Source: Candidatus Eremiobacteria bacterium (GTDB taxonomy: Bacteria; Vulcanimicrobiota; Vulcanimicrobiia; Vulcanimicrobiales; Vulcanimicrobiaceae). Taken from it: 64,000 nt of DNA. Shown here piece after piece: positions 54,749 through 64,000 of the stretch. How positions within the stretch are numbered: position 1 is the stretch's first letter; each line of letters starts with the position of its first letter. The translations under genes and the position numbers were made by a program. The stretch is taken from NCBI GenBank assembly GCA_963737065.1, contig CAVTRC010000001.1:1920001-1984000 (forward strand), written 5' to 3'. The notes beneath the pieces are model-generated. The model did not search any database. It was not told the origin of the DNA and saw only the letters and a program-made list of their open reading frames with translations.

Positions 54749-55708
54749 TCACCCCGGCGGTTCGAGGCTCTCAAAGAACGTAGCCGGCGGAACGAAGAAC
54801 AAGTTACCTGTCACGGCGCGACTGAAATCCAGCAGCCGATCGTAGTTCCCTGCCGGACGACCGACAAACATGTTCGTCAGCATTTGTTCGGTGATATGAG
54901 GCGACCGGCTGTAACCGATAAAATATGTTCCAAGCTCGCCGAAACCCGGTTTGCCAAAAGGCATGTTGTCTCGAAGGATCTTTATCTGTTTTCCGTTTTC
55001 GATAACCGTCGTTAACGCGTTATGCGCATTTGAGGGTTTTACGTTGTCCGTTAGCTCGATATCGGACAACTTCTTGCGGCCAATGATCCGCTCTTGTTCC
55101 TCCGTTGGAAGCGCGTTCCACTTGTTCATGTCGTGTACGTATTTTTGCACGACTACGTAACTTCCGCCAGCAAAGTGCTTGTCTTCTTCGCCGATTATTG
55201 CAGCCTCAAATGCTTCACCGTTGCGTGGATTTTCGGTCCCGTCAACAAACCCGATCAAGTCGCGATCGTCGAAGTACCGGAAGCCGTGTGTTTCGTCGAA
55301 AGCAGAAACCGCGTCTCCAAGGCGCTCCATGATGTGCGTCGCTAGCTCGAAACACATATCCATGCGCTTCGCCCTAATGTGAAACAACATATCGCCCGGC
55401 GTAGAAACCGCGTGCCGATCGCCCGCAAGAATCTCGCGAAACGGATGCAGTTCCGCTGGGCGCGGCTTTCCGAATAAGTCGTCCCAGACATCCGAGCCAA
55501 TCCCTGTAACGCAAGTGAGCCCTGCCTCCAGCTCGCGAGATTCCACTGCACGAAAAATCCCCTCGAGCGCCCCGCACAGCGAACGTACTGCTGCGTAGCT
55601 CTTTTCATCGCGCTTAATACAGAGCACCAGAAATATTGCAGCGCGCGTGAGCGGAGCGAGAACCGGCTGCTGTATAGATTTCTGATCTTCTCCACTAGAT
55701 ACGCCCAT
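54749..55708 (-). CDS. Dyp-type peroxidase
   Basis: GFVDGTENP, GGSYVVVQKY.H, ILRDNMPFG, YDRLLDFS. Confidence 0.93.
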   Translation of the reverse strand: MGVSSGEDQKSIQQPVLAPLTRAAIFLVLCIKRDEKSYAAVRSLCGALEGIFRAVESRELEAGLTCVTGIGSDVWDDLFGKPRPAELHPFREILAGDRHAVSTPGDMLFHIRAKRMDMCFELATHIMERLGDAVSAFDETHGFRYFDDRDLIGFVDGTENPRNGEAFEAAIIGEEDKHFAGGSYVVVQKYVHDMNKWNALPTEEQERIIGRKKLSDIELTDNVKPSNAHNALTTVIENGKQIKILRDNMPFGKPGFGELGTYFIGYSRSPHITEQMLTNMFVGRPAGNYDRLLDFSRAVTGNLFFVPPATFFESLEPPG

Positions 55709-56321
55709 GCCGATACTCGATCTCCTTCTTGCCTGAAATGGATTTGCGGTCGCGACCGATAGTTCGTTTTTATTACCAACTGTACGTCAGTTGCTAATAA
55801 GCATCCCGCTCTGGGTGCGTGCCGGTTGAACGAGGCGCTCCAGATATGCGCCGAACCGAAAGTCGCCGAGCAAAGAGGGCCGCATAGGGCATCGCTCCAG
55901 CGTTCGGTCCGCACGACGCGGATACGGCATAGTGGTATGTGGCGCATATAGTGGGCTACCGACTGCGTTTGTCGACGTCTTGTTGGATTGACGCTGGTAG
56001 CGCCAACTGTCAAAGACTTTCGCGTGTATAAGCGCTACGCAGACATGGCCGCAGGGCTTACCGATGATAGCCCTCAAAGCCGCAAGTGTTCCATGTCCGT
56101 GGCGCGGTTCACGTTTCGCGTTACAAAATCGTGCTGCCGAAGGAGCAGTCGCGTATTTCGAGCGGTTTTTTGATCGCATGCTTTCCGCGAGGCGCGTTTG
56201 CGGTGTCTGAACGGTTAAAGCGGGTACACTCAACGTAGCGCCTCCGTGATCCGAAAATGCAGGCGCTTGCGCGATGGGCAAACAAGGCAGCTCCAAGTCC
56301 TTGCAAAACCACAGGAGAACG

Positions 56322-56468
56322 ATGATGGCGACGCCGTGTACACAGTGTGATTGTCCGAATTTCTCCCAGTCTGACCCTAACCTTGGCGACTTCGGGGCGC
56401 AGGATGTCTGCGCTCGGAAAACCTGTCAACACCCGAGCGAAGCACATATCGAACGCAATGGTGATTAG
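56322..56468 (+). CDS. 48-aa Cys/His-rich microprotein
   Basis: AGGAG RBS; CTQCDC...C...TCQH...H. Confidence 0.6.
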   Translation: MMATPCTQCDCPNFSQSDPNLGDFGAQDVCARKTCQHPSEAHIERNGD

Positions 56469-56525
56469 CGCGCCGCAACTGACAGACGATGTGTATGACG
56501 GTATGGCGAGATCCAAGAGGGATAG

Positions 56526-56741
56526 ATGACTTCACCACGATTCGCGGTCGGCGACCACGTCAGTTGGAACTCCGAGGCGGGACGCGTAACCGGCCATGTC
56601 ACGAAAGTGATAACGTCGGAGATTCAGTTCAAGGGCTATACCGTCCACGCGAGCGAAGCGGATCCGCAATACGAAATCAAGAGCGATAAGACGGATCACG
56701 TTGCGATGCATAAAGGATCGGCACTCAGCAAGGTGCGCTGA
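56526..56741 (+). CDS. DUF2945 (Hva1/Tudor-like) small protein
   Basis: GDHVSWNSEAG, PQYEIKSDKTDHVAMHK. Confidence 0.85.
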   Translation: MTSPRFAVGDHVSWNSEAGRVTGHVTKVITSEIQFKGYTVHASEADPQYEIKSDKTDHVAMHKGSALSKVR

Positions 56742-56829
56742 TCGAGGCGGCTGGGTCAGCAGAGCTGGCCTCGGACAATGAACGCCGCGCCGGCGATCGG
56801 TGCGACGTGAAGGAGCGCTACCGATCGAA

Positions 56830-56879
56830 GCGCGTCGCACCGACTTGACGCCGCGCAGCAAGGCAACCAATGAGCGCAT
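56830..56879 (-). pseudogene. DUF1697-like N-terminal remnant
   Basis: MRSLVALLRGV then VG after a 1-nt shift (family start ALLRG.NVG); no continuation. Confidence 0.35.
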
Positions 56880-56944
56880 CCACCGGTCATGCACTGCGTA
56901 CCGGGCTGTAGTGAGCATGCCGTCTTTTCGTTGGTTGGAGGATT

Positions 56945-58012
56945 ATGCAAGAGCTTGCCATGTCGAATGTGCATATGTGGTCGCGCTGGCAGCCCGATCG
57001 GAAGATGCATTTCAACAGCTACCTCTTTGTGCTGCCGGACGGCAACGTCGCGATCGATCCGGTCCCGCTCGACGCTGACGACGGCGAACGTATTTCGGCG
57101 CTTGGTGGCATTTCGGAGGTCGTCCTGACCAATCGCGACCACGTTCGCGATGCCGCTGCGCTTCGCGAACGATTCGGTGCGCGTGTCGTGTCGTCCGCAA
57201 ATGAAGCGCCGCTCTTCGACATTCCGGTGGACCGGGTGCTCCGCGACGGTGAAACGGTGTTCGCCGGAGCAACGCTCGTCGCGCTCGAGCACCAGAAGAC
57301 GCCGGGTGAGTTTGCGATTCACCTTTCGGCGCAGCGTACGGTGATCGTCGGCGACGCGATCGTCGGCGCACCGGCTGGTTCGTTGTCGTTACTACCCGAT
57401 GAGAAATACAGTAACGTGCAAGATGCCGTGCTGGGCCTGCGGCGCGTGTGGGCACTTCAGCCCGACGTGCTGCTCGTCGGCGACGGCACGCCGCTTTGGA
57501 GCGGCGCGACGCGGGCAATCGGAAAACTGCTCTTCCAACGCGGTGGAATCGCGGTGAACCGTATAAATCTCGACGAGTTGCGCTATGACTATTGGGAAGG
57601 GAAGAACGGAAAATACCGTTCGCACGATGGAGAGGTTGGGTTTTTCATCGGCGCCGAGCGTCTTGGCTACCAAGTCGTGAAACTTACGCCCGGTGCGCGA
57701 TTCTGTCCGGTGCACGCGGAATTCAGTGAGGAAGAACTGTTCGTCGTGCTGGAGGGGACACCGAGCATCCGCACTACGCGCGAAACGCTGCAGTGCAGGA
57801 AAGGCGATTTTATCGCCTTTCCCGTTGGACCCGATCACGCGCATCAAGTTCTCAACGAAAGCTCGCGCGAAGCGGTCATTCTGCTTCTAGGTCAGTGTGT
57901 GCCCGATGCGGTGTGCTACTATCCCGAATCGAACAAAGTACTGATCGGGACTCCGGACGTGCGTTGGATGGTCCGTAACGCGCCGCAACTCGATTACTAC
58001 GACGGCGAATAG
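56945..58012 (+). CDS. Metallo-beta-lactamase-like domain fused to cupin domain
   Basis: LTNRDHVRD, KTPGE, VGDA, LLVGDG; then CPVHAE..EEELFVVLEG, AHQVLN, YYPES. Confidence 0.8.
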   Translation: MQELAMSNVHMWSRWQPDRKMHFNSYLFVLPDGNVAIDPVPLDADDGERISALGGISEVVLTNRDHVRDAAALRERFGARVVSSANEAPLFDIPVDRVLRDGETVFAGATLVALEHQKTPGEFAIHLSAQRTVIVGDAIVGAPAGSLSLLPDEKYSNVQDAVLGLRRVWALQPDVLLVGDGTPLWSGATRAIGKLLFQRGGIAVNRINLDELRYDYWEGKNGKYRSHDGEVGFFIGAERLGYQVVKLTPGARFCPVHAEFSEEELFVVLEGTPSIRTTRETLQCRKGDFIAFPVGPDHAHQVLNESSREAVILLLGQCVPDAVCYYPESNKVLIGTPDVRWMVRNAPQLDYYDGE

Positions 58013-58067
58013 AGCGGCGTAACGGCCATGTGACAAGCCGGCAACAGTCAGTTGCTAGTTTCGTCGT

Positions 58068-58226
58068 GTGAATAATGCGTTGCACGTCGCGCAAGCGACA
58101 CTCGAGGCGATGCTGTTTGCGCAAACATTGCGTCCGCTCGCCGAAGCGGCCGGTCCCGCCGGCGATTATTGCGTCGAAACGTTCGCTCAAACGCTGATCG
58201 CGTCGATCGAGCGTCACCATGGATGA
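58068..58226 (+). CDS. 52-aa ORF, possibly a minimal FlgJ rod-binding-like protein
   Basis: MNNALHVAQATLEAMLFAQTLRPLAEAAGPAGDYCVETFAQTLIASIERHHG; follows an extended -10 and overlaps the sigma factor start. Confidence 0.5.
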   Translation: MNNALHVAQATLEAMLFAQTLRPLAEAAGPAGDYCVETFAQTLIASIERHHG

Positions 58227-58896
58227 ATCCCTTGACCGCGAAGCCCTAATTCGTCGCTATTTTCCGCTCGTCAAACGTATCGCGCGGCGCATTCATCGAC
58301 TGGTTCCCAGCGTCGACGTCGACGATTTGGTCGGCGACGGCAGCGTCGGATTGATTCGCGCCGTCGATAACTTCGACCCACAGCGCGGTCCGACGCTCGA
58401 ACAGTACGCGCGTCAACTCATCGTCGGAGCGATGCTCAATGGAATCCGGCGCATGGACCCGGTATCCGAGCGCGCGCGACGGGCCTTGCGCGATGGGGAG
58501 AGCGATCGGTATCGTCTCGCACTCGAGCGAGGCAGCGTGCCGAGCAGCGTCGAGATGGAAGCGATTCGGCCGGGGTTCGCGCGCGCACGCCTCGCCGCGC
58601 ATCGCGGCGTTCCACTCTCGATCGATGCACCGCTGCCTGACGGCGAACGCGTGCCGAAGGACTGGAGTGGCGATCCGGCTTGCATCATCGCCGCGCGCGA
58701 AGATGCGTTGGAAGTGCGCGCGTTGCTCGACCGGCTCGCACCGCGGCAGCGCGCGTTGATCCGCGCGTATTATTTTGGAGAGCGCTCGTTGCGCGATATC
58801 GGCAAGCGGATGCGCATCTCGCCTCAACGAGCGTCGCAGTTGCATATAGCCGCGCTCGAGAAACTGCGAAGGGCTGTTTCCGTTGCAGCGCGTTGA
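58219..58896 (+). CDS. fliA: FliA/WhiG (sigma-28) family sigma factor
   Basis: PLVKRIA, DDLVGDGSVGLI.AVDNFDP, GAMLNGIRRMD, region 4 SLRDIG...SQLH. Confidence 0.85.
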   Translation: MDESLDREALIRRYFPLVKRIARRIHRLVPSVDVDDLVGDGSVGLIRAVDNFDPQRGPTLEQYARQLIVGAMLNGIRRMDPVSERARRALRDGESDRYRLALERGSVPSSVEMEAIRPGFARARLAAHRGVPLSIDAPLPDGERVPKDWSGDPACIIAAREDALEVRALLDRLAPRQRALIRAYYFGERSLRDIGKRMRISPQRASQLHIAALEKLRRAVSVAAR

Positions 58897-59192
58897 ATCG
58901 AGCGTGCGGCGCGAGCCGAACTCCGCGCCGCGTGAACCTGAGGCGGCGCAGACGCAAGCGATCGTTCCTGCCGTCCCCGATGTCGACTTGGATATGGCGC
59001 TGTTGCCGCGCGATCACCCGCAGTGGGTCAGAGACACGCTGTCGGTTTCGAGCAGGGCGCGCGAGTTGCTCGCAGGGTCTCAAACCGCTCATCATCAGCA
59101 TTTTCACGTTCTGGGATCACCACGTGCGAAGCGTGATCGTCGGTGACTCCCGCGTATCGATAGACCCGAGCGGAAGTTACCGTATCGAGTAG
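58883..59192 (+). CDS. Hypothetical protein, possibly frameshifted
   Basis: ORF overlaps the sigma stop and fills the gap to the PMT gene; possible C-terminus in a second frame. Confidence 0.35.
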
Positions 59193-59211
59193 CCGCGAAT
59201 ACGCGAACGCA

Positions 59212-60712
59212 ATGGCGCTTCTCGTACGATCTCGCGACGCGGTCGTTGCAGCGGCATTGGGCGTCGGCTCATTCGTGCTGCTCTTCGTCAACTATTGGTT
59301 TCCGCCGGAAAAGATCTTCGACGAGGTCTACTTTGCGCGAGCGGCCGAGGAGTATTTGCAGCGGCGCTATATCTACGAGAGCACGCATCCGCCGGTCACG
59401 AAGCTGCTCATCACGCTATCGGTGATGCTCTTCGGCGGCTTGCCGGCCGGAGACAATTCTCACGGATGGCGGTTTTTGGGCGTTGTCGCCGGAGCGCTCG
59501 CCGTCGTGCTGACGTTTGTGCTGGCGCGGCGCGTTCTCGCGCTCGACGCTCTTCGCGACGTACGCCGCGCTGCTCTTCGGCTTCGACGGGATGCATTTCG
59601 TGCAGTCGCGCATCGCAACCCCGGAAACCTACGTCGTCTGTTTCTCGCTTGCGACGCTTTATGGATTCATCCGTTACTGGGATGCGATTCTTGCAGCGTC
59701 TGCGCGTCGCGTTGCACGGAACGAAGCGTTACTGAACCTCGGCGCAGCGTTCGCGGCGTTGTTCATCGCAGCGGCGTTCGTTGCAATTCGCTTTGCGCAT
59801 GAGGCAATCTACGCACGAGCCGTTGTGGCGGTCGCGATCGCGGCCGCCCTCTACGGCGTGTATCGCTTGATCCGCGCGAGGCCCGCGGGCAGCGGATGGC
59901 TGATGTTCTTTGCGTTTTCCGGTGCTCTCCTCGTCGCGAGCAAGTGGTACGGCGTCATGGCGTATGGCGTTGCGGCCGCCGTCATCGCGTATGCGACCGT
60001 ACGGGCATGGGCCGATCGTCGCCCGTCGCCCTTTCCGGTCGATACGGTCGTCGCCGTATCGACGGCCGCCGTTGCGGTCGTGTATGCGCTCGCGTACATT
60101 CCGCATTTCATCGGCCTGCGCGATTTGGTGACGCTGCCGCCGCGTCCGTACACGCTCACAAACGTGATCGACATGCAGGTCGGCGCGTATATGTATCACG
60201 CGCACCTCGTGGCCACGCATCCGTATGCGTCGCTCTGGTGGACCTGGCCGCTCGACCTGCGCCCGGTGCTCTACTATGCGAACTACGGATCGAGCCACGG
60301 CGTCGGTACGGCGCAGATGATTTATTCGCTGCCGAATCCACTGTTGTTGTGGCCCGGATTGGCGGCCGTTCCGTTCGTAGGATATTTGGCATGGCGCGAG
60401 CGCAATCGCGGCTATGCACTGGTCGTCCTCGCGTATCTCTTGCAATGGCTGCCGTGGTCTCGCTCGCCGCGGATCGCCTGGATTTATCATTTCTACGTCG
60501 ATGTTCCGCTCGTCGCATTGTGTAATGCGATCGCGGTGATGTGGATCTGGAACAAATGGAAAGATTCGCGCCGCGCAACCGCGATGGCGATCGCAATCGG
60601 CTACCTTACCGTCGTCGCGTTCGCGTTCGTCTACTTCTATCCGATCTATGCCGGTGTGACGATTACAAGCGATCAACGGATGGCGCGTATGTGGCTTCCT
60701 TCCTGGATCTAG
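59212..60712 (+). CDS. Protein O-mannosyltransferase (PMT/GT39); frameshift near 59535
   Basis: FDEVYF, HPPVTK, GWR, VQSRIA, SKW, HPYASLWWTWP, NP, WLPW, WI end. Confidence 0.88.
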
Positions 60713-60899
60713 TGTTCGTAGAGCGACCCTTCGCCGAACGATTCGCGAACCATGAAGCGAAGCGTAAACGGCACCAGGCCTGCCAGCGGCGAGGGGACGG
60801 TGGATCCGTTTGCGAGCGCAATCGGGGTTCCGGCGCCGAGAAGCGGAACGGTGCCCGCGATCGCATTGAAGAGATTCTCGGCGGAAATTTGCAGTTTCC

Positions 60900-61884
60900 C
60901 GCGCGAGCCGAGCGAGAGGCCGGTGAGGCGCTATTTACGTTCACGTACGATCGTAACACGTCGCTCACAAACTCCTACCGCCTGACCGGCGGAGCAACGC
61001 CGGGTATCGTCGTATCGATCGCTCCGGGAACGCGTCAAGATTTTACGACATATCTTTTGCGCGCGGTTCTGCCGGTTACCGAGCGCGGGCAGCTCACGGT
61101 TGCGGATTACCAAAATCTCTACCAAAATTACTACACGCCCTCCAGCTCCGCAGGAACGTTTCACTTCGCCATGAGTACGCTCACGCACAACGACCCGCGT
61201 TTAGGGTTCACCTACCGTCTGAATCCCGACGCGAATCTGCGTTTCTGGAATCAGTTCGTCGCGTATACGTATGACTCCGGAACGACGTTTAACGGCAATC
61301 CGGCTTCATCACGACGAACGCGAACCTCGCACAGAGCCGGTACGCGGGGCTCGAATTCACGTTGCGCCGCGACCCGCTGCGGGGATGGGGCTACACGTTT
61401 TCGGGTTCGCTGGAACGCGCATATCCGTACGACATTCCGCCGAGTGCGTATGCTACCGCAACGAATCCGTATGGGACGAACCTTGGCGTGGTGCCCGGTG
61501 TAAATTTCTACAGCAACGGCCTCGGGTACAACGGAATCTCGAACAAGAGCGAAGCCTACTGCAATGGGATATGCGGGGATTCATCGGCGCGGCAGCTTCG
61601 GTCAATACGCCGAGTTCGGGCTCACGTATTACGGCTCGAACAATACGTATAATATTCCGGCGTTCTTCGTCGGCACCGCGAGCTATCGTCAGCCGGTCGC
61701 GCGCAGCACCAGCGTACAGATGTCGGTCGATAACCTTTTCGGTACGGACGCATTGAAGTACAACTACTACGGAGCCGGAAGCCTCGCCATCCGGGCGCCG
61801 CTCGTGAACGGCGAAACGGGATGGCGCGGGCAAGTGCCGTACGGACCCGCCACATTCCGCTTCATGGTGATCCAAACGCTCTGA
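60900..61884 (+). pseudogene. TonB-dependent receptor C-terminal remnant
   Basis: HNDPRLGFTYRLNPD, GWGYTFSGSLERAYPY, LTYYGSNNTYN.PAF, VDNLF, YGPATFRF resemble the receptor at 36089; no plug or signal peptide; several frames. Confidence 0.75.
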
Positions 61885-61889
61885 CGGGG

Positions 61890-62700
61890 CTAGAGCTTTG
61901 CTAAGAAATCGCCGATGAGATCGGCCATGGCGCTGCCGCGTTCGTGGCCGATCGCCGTAACGTCGGCGTGGTTGGTGTTTTTTGCTCCGGCAAGGTTCGT
62001 GATGAGACTGATGCCAAGCACGCCCATGCCGATGAAGCGCGCGAAAATCGTTTCGAGCACGGTCGACATGCCGACCGCGTCGGCGCCGATGCGTCGCAGA
62101 TACTCGACTTCCGCAGGCGTTTCGTAATTCGGCCCTTGCAGGCCGGCATACACGCCTTCGCGCAAATGCGCTTGCGGTTTCCGACGCTCTTCGCGATCGC
62201 GCGCAAACGTTCGGAATAGGCGTCCGACATATCGACGAACGGATTTTCATGCGGCCAGCCGACGAGCGGATTTCGTCCGGTGAGATTGAGATGATCGGAG
62301 ATCAGCATCAGATCGCCCGGCTCGAACGATTGATTGAGGCCGCCCGCGGCGTTCGTGAGGATCGCGATCTTCGCGCCTGCTTGTGCGCGAGGCGAACATT
62401 GACCGTCACTTGTGTCGGCGAGAAACCCTGATACAGATGCACGCGGCCCGCGAAAGCGACGACGCGCTTTCCTTGCCACGTTCCAACGAGCGCTTCACCC
62501 GCGTGGCCGCGCAGTGATGCGACCGGAAAGCCGAGCAGCGTATCGTAGGGCATCGAGGTGTGTTGAAGCGGTCGCGCAGCGCGGAAGAGAGACCGCTGCC
62601 TAAAACAATCCGCGACGTCGACGGGTCCGCCGGCTGCCTCTTCGATGCGGGAGGCATCGTGCGCGAGAAGTTTGTCGTTTGGTGAGCGGCGATCGATCAT
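61890..62700 (-). CDS. punA: Purine-nucleoside phosphorylase (PunA/XapA type); multiple frameshifts
   Basis: [45 protein letters not shown]. Confidence 0.9.
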
Positions 62701-64000
62701 CTTGCGCGAAGCGGCGCCGTTTCCGGCGTGAAACAGATTCGTTGCCCGTCATCGCTTTCGGAACCGGAAAGTCCCATGATCGAAAGCAGCGTCGGTGCAA
62801 CATCGCCGAGTTTTCCGCCCGATGCGAGCGTTCCGTGGATTTCGTTGCTCGACGAGAATGAATGGCACGGGATTCGTCGTGTGCGCGGTAAGCGGATTGC
62901 CGTCTTTGTCGAGCTTTTCTTCGGCGTTTCCGTGATCGGCAGTGATTGCAAGCAGACCGCCCGCGCGCAAAACCGCGTCGGCAAGACGTTGCAAGCACTG
63001 GTCGAGCATTTCTACGCTTTCGATCGTCGGCTGCCATATGCCGGTATGTCCGACCATGTCGGCATTCGCATAGTTCATGATGATGACGTCGTTGCGCGCG
63101 GTGTTCACGTCGTTCACGGCAAAGTCGGTGATTTCGTTCGCGCGCATCGCCGGCGCGAGATCGTACGTCGGCACGCTGCGATCCGAGGGAATAAACTTAC
63201 GGTCTTCGCCCTCGAAGATGCTCTTCGCGTCCGCCATTGAAGAAGTACGTAACGTGCGCGTACTTTTCGGTTTCGGCCAGACGCAATTGCTTCAAGCCCG
63301 CGCGGGAGACGATCTCGCCGAAGGTATCGAACTGCGGACGGGGGCCGAATAGCACTGGATTCGGATATGTTTCGTCGTACTTCGTCATCGTCGCAAAGAA
63401 GCAGATCCTATAGGCAACCGTTTCGAACGGCACCGCGGGATCGTGGTTGAACGCGAGCGTCAATTGGCGCGCGCGGTCGGGGCGGAAATTGAAGAAGATG
63501 CACGCGTCGCCGTCGCACGACCGGGCGCGTCTCGCCGACGATCGTCGGCACGACGAATTCGTCGTTTTCATCGCGTTCGTAGGCCATGCGCACGCGCCGC
63601 CGGTGCATCGGGCGCATGGTATCGCGCGTTCGCCGTGTGCGAGCATGTCGTAGGCTTGCTGCGTGCGCTCCCAGCGCTTGTCGCGATCCATCGCGTAGAA
63701 ACGTCCGCAGACCGATGCAATCGCGCCTTGGCGTCCGACGCGCGGCGAGCTTTTCTTCGAGCTGCTCGACGTAGGTCTGCGCAGAACGCGGCGGCGTGTC
63801 GCGGCCGTCCAGGAACGCGTGAACCGCGAACGGAACGCTTGCGTTGACCGCCGCATCGATCAGCGCGAAGAGATGCTCGATCGAACTGTGGACTTGCCCG
63901 TCGGAGAGCAATCCCAACAGGTGAAGCGTTCCGCCGGTGTCTTTCACGTGCTCGAGGCACCGCACGAGCGTCGCGTTCGTTTGCGAATTCGCCCGGACGC
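62697..64000 (-). CDS. gpmI: 2,3-BPG-independent phosphoglycerate mutase (partial; multiple frameshifts)
   Basis: LLSDGQVHS, DGRDTPP, GRFYAMDRDKRW, NFRPDRARQ, AETEKYAHVT, NADMVGHTG, TADHGNAE. Confidence 0.95.

Noticed and set aside
55720..56270. Low-GC intergenic stretch as a gene or structured RNA
   Set aside because: No convincing ORF, motif or stable multi-helix structure found by eye
61890..64000. punA and gpmI as pseudogenes
   Set aside because: Dense indels in core genes that keep all catalytic motifs point to low-quality consensus sequence

Overview
GC-rich bacterial chromosome segment, mostly housekeeping, envelope and stress genes. It holds an ABC-F ATPase, UdgX, Sua5, a cysH-sir-tauE sulfate-assimilation operon, tRNA-Val(TAC), DUF5693-csaB-ileS, tgt-rluD-lspA-ccdA, lgt-yggS-sepF-divIVA-leuB, a TonB-receptor/serine-hydrolase/D-amino-acid-oxidoreductase cluster, a 2091-aa poly-HAMP hybrid kinase with CheR and a divergent PP2C-HATPase, scattered flagellar genes, DyP, PMT, PNP and gpmI. 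The mix of TonB receptors with divIVA/sepF/csaB suggests a diderm Terrabacteria lineage such as Ca. Eremiobacterota (inference only). Many single-base frameshifts, including in housekeeping genes, look like sequencing errors. The best finding is a complete cysteine-sensing transcription attenuator that the ORF track misses (10173-10346): promoter, 24-codon leader with six UGU Cys codons, antiterminator and intrinsic terminator, directly upstream of the sulfate-reduction operon. Also notable are an unassigned pseudoknotted, terminator-ended RNA upstream of DUF5693-csaB-ileS, an OsaA/OsaC-like module with SigB-type promoters, recurrent leaderless starts, and repeat-like in-frame insertions in three core enzymes. 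All family calls are from motif recognition; no searches were run.
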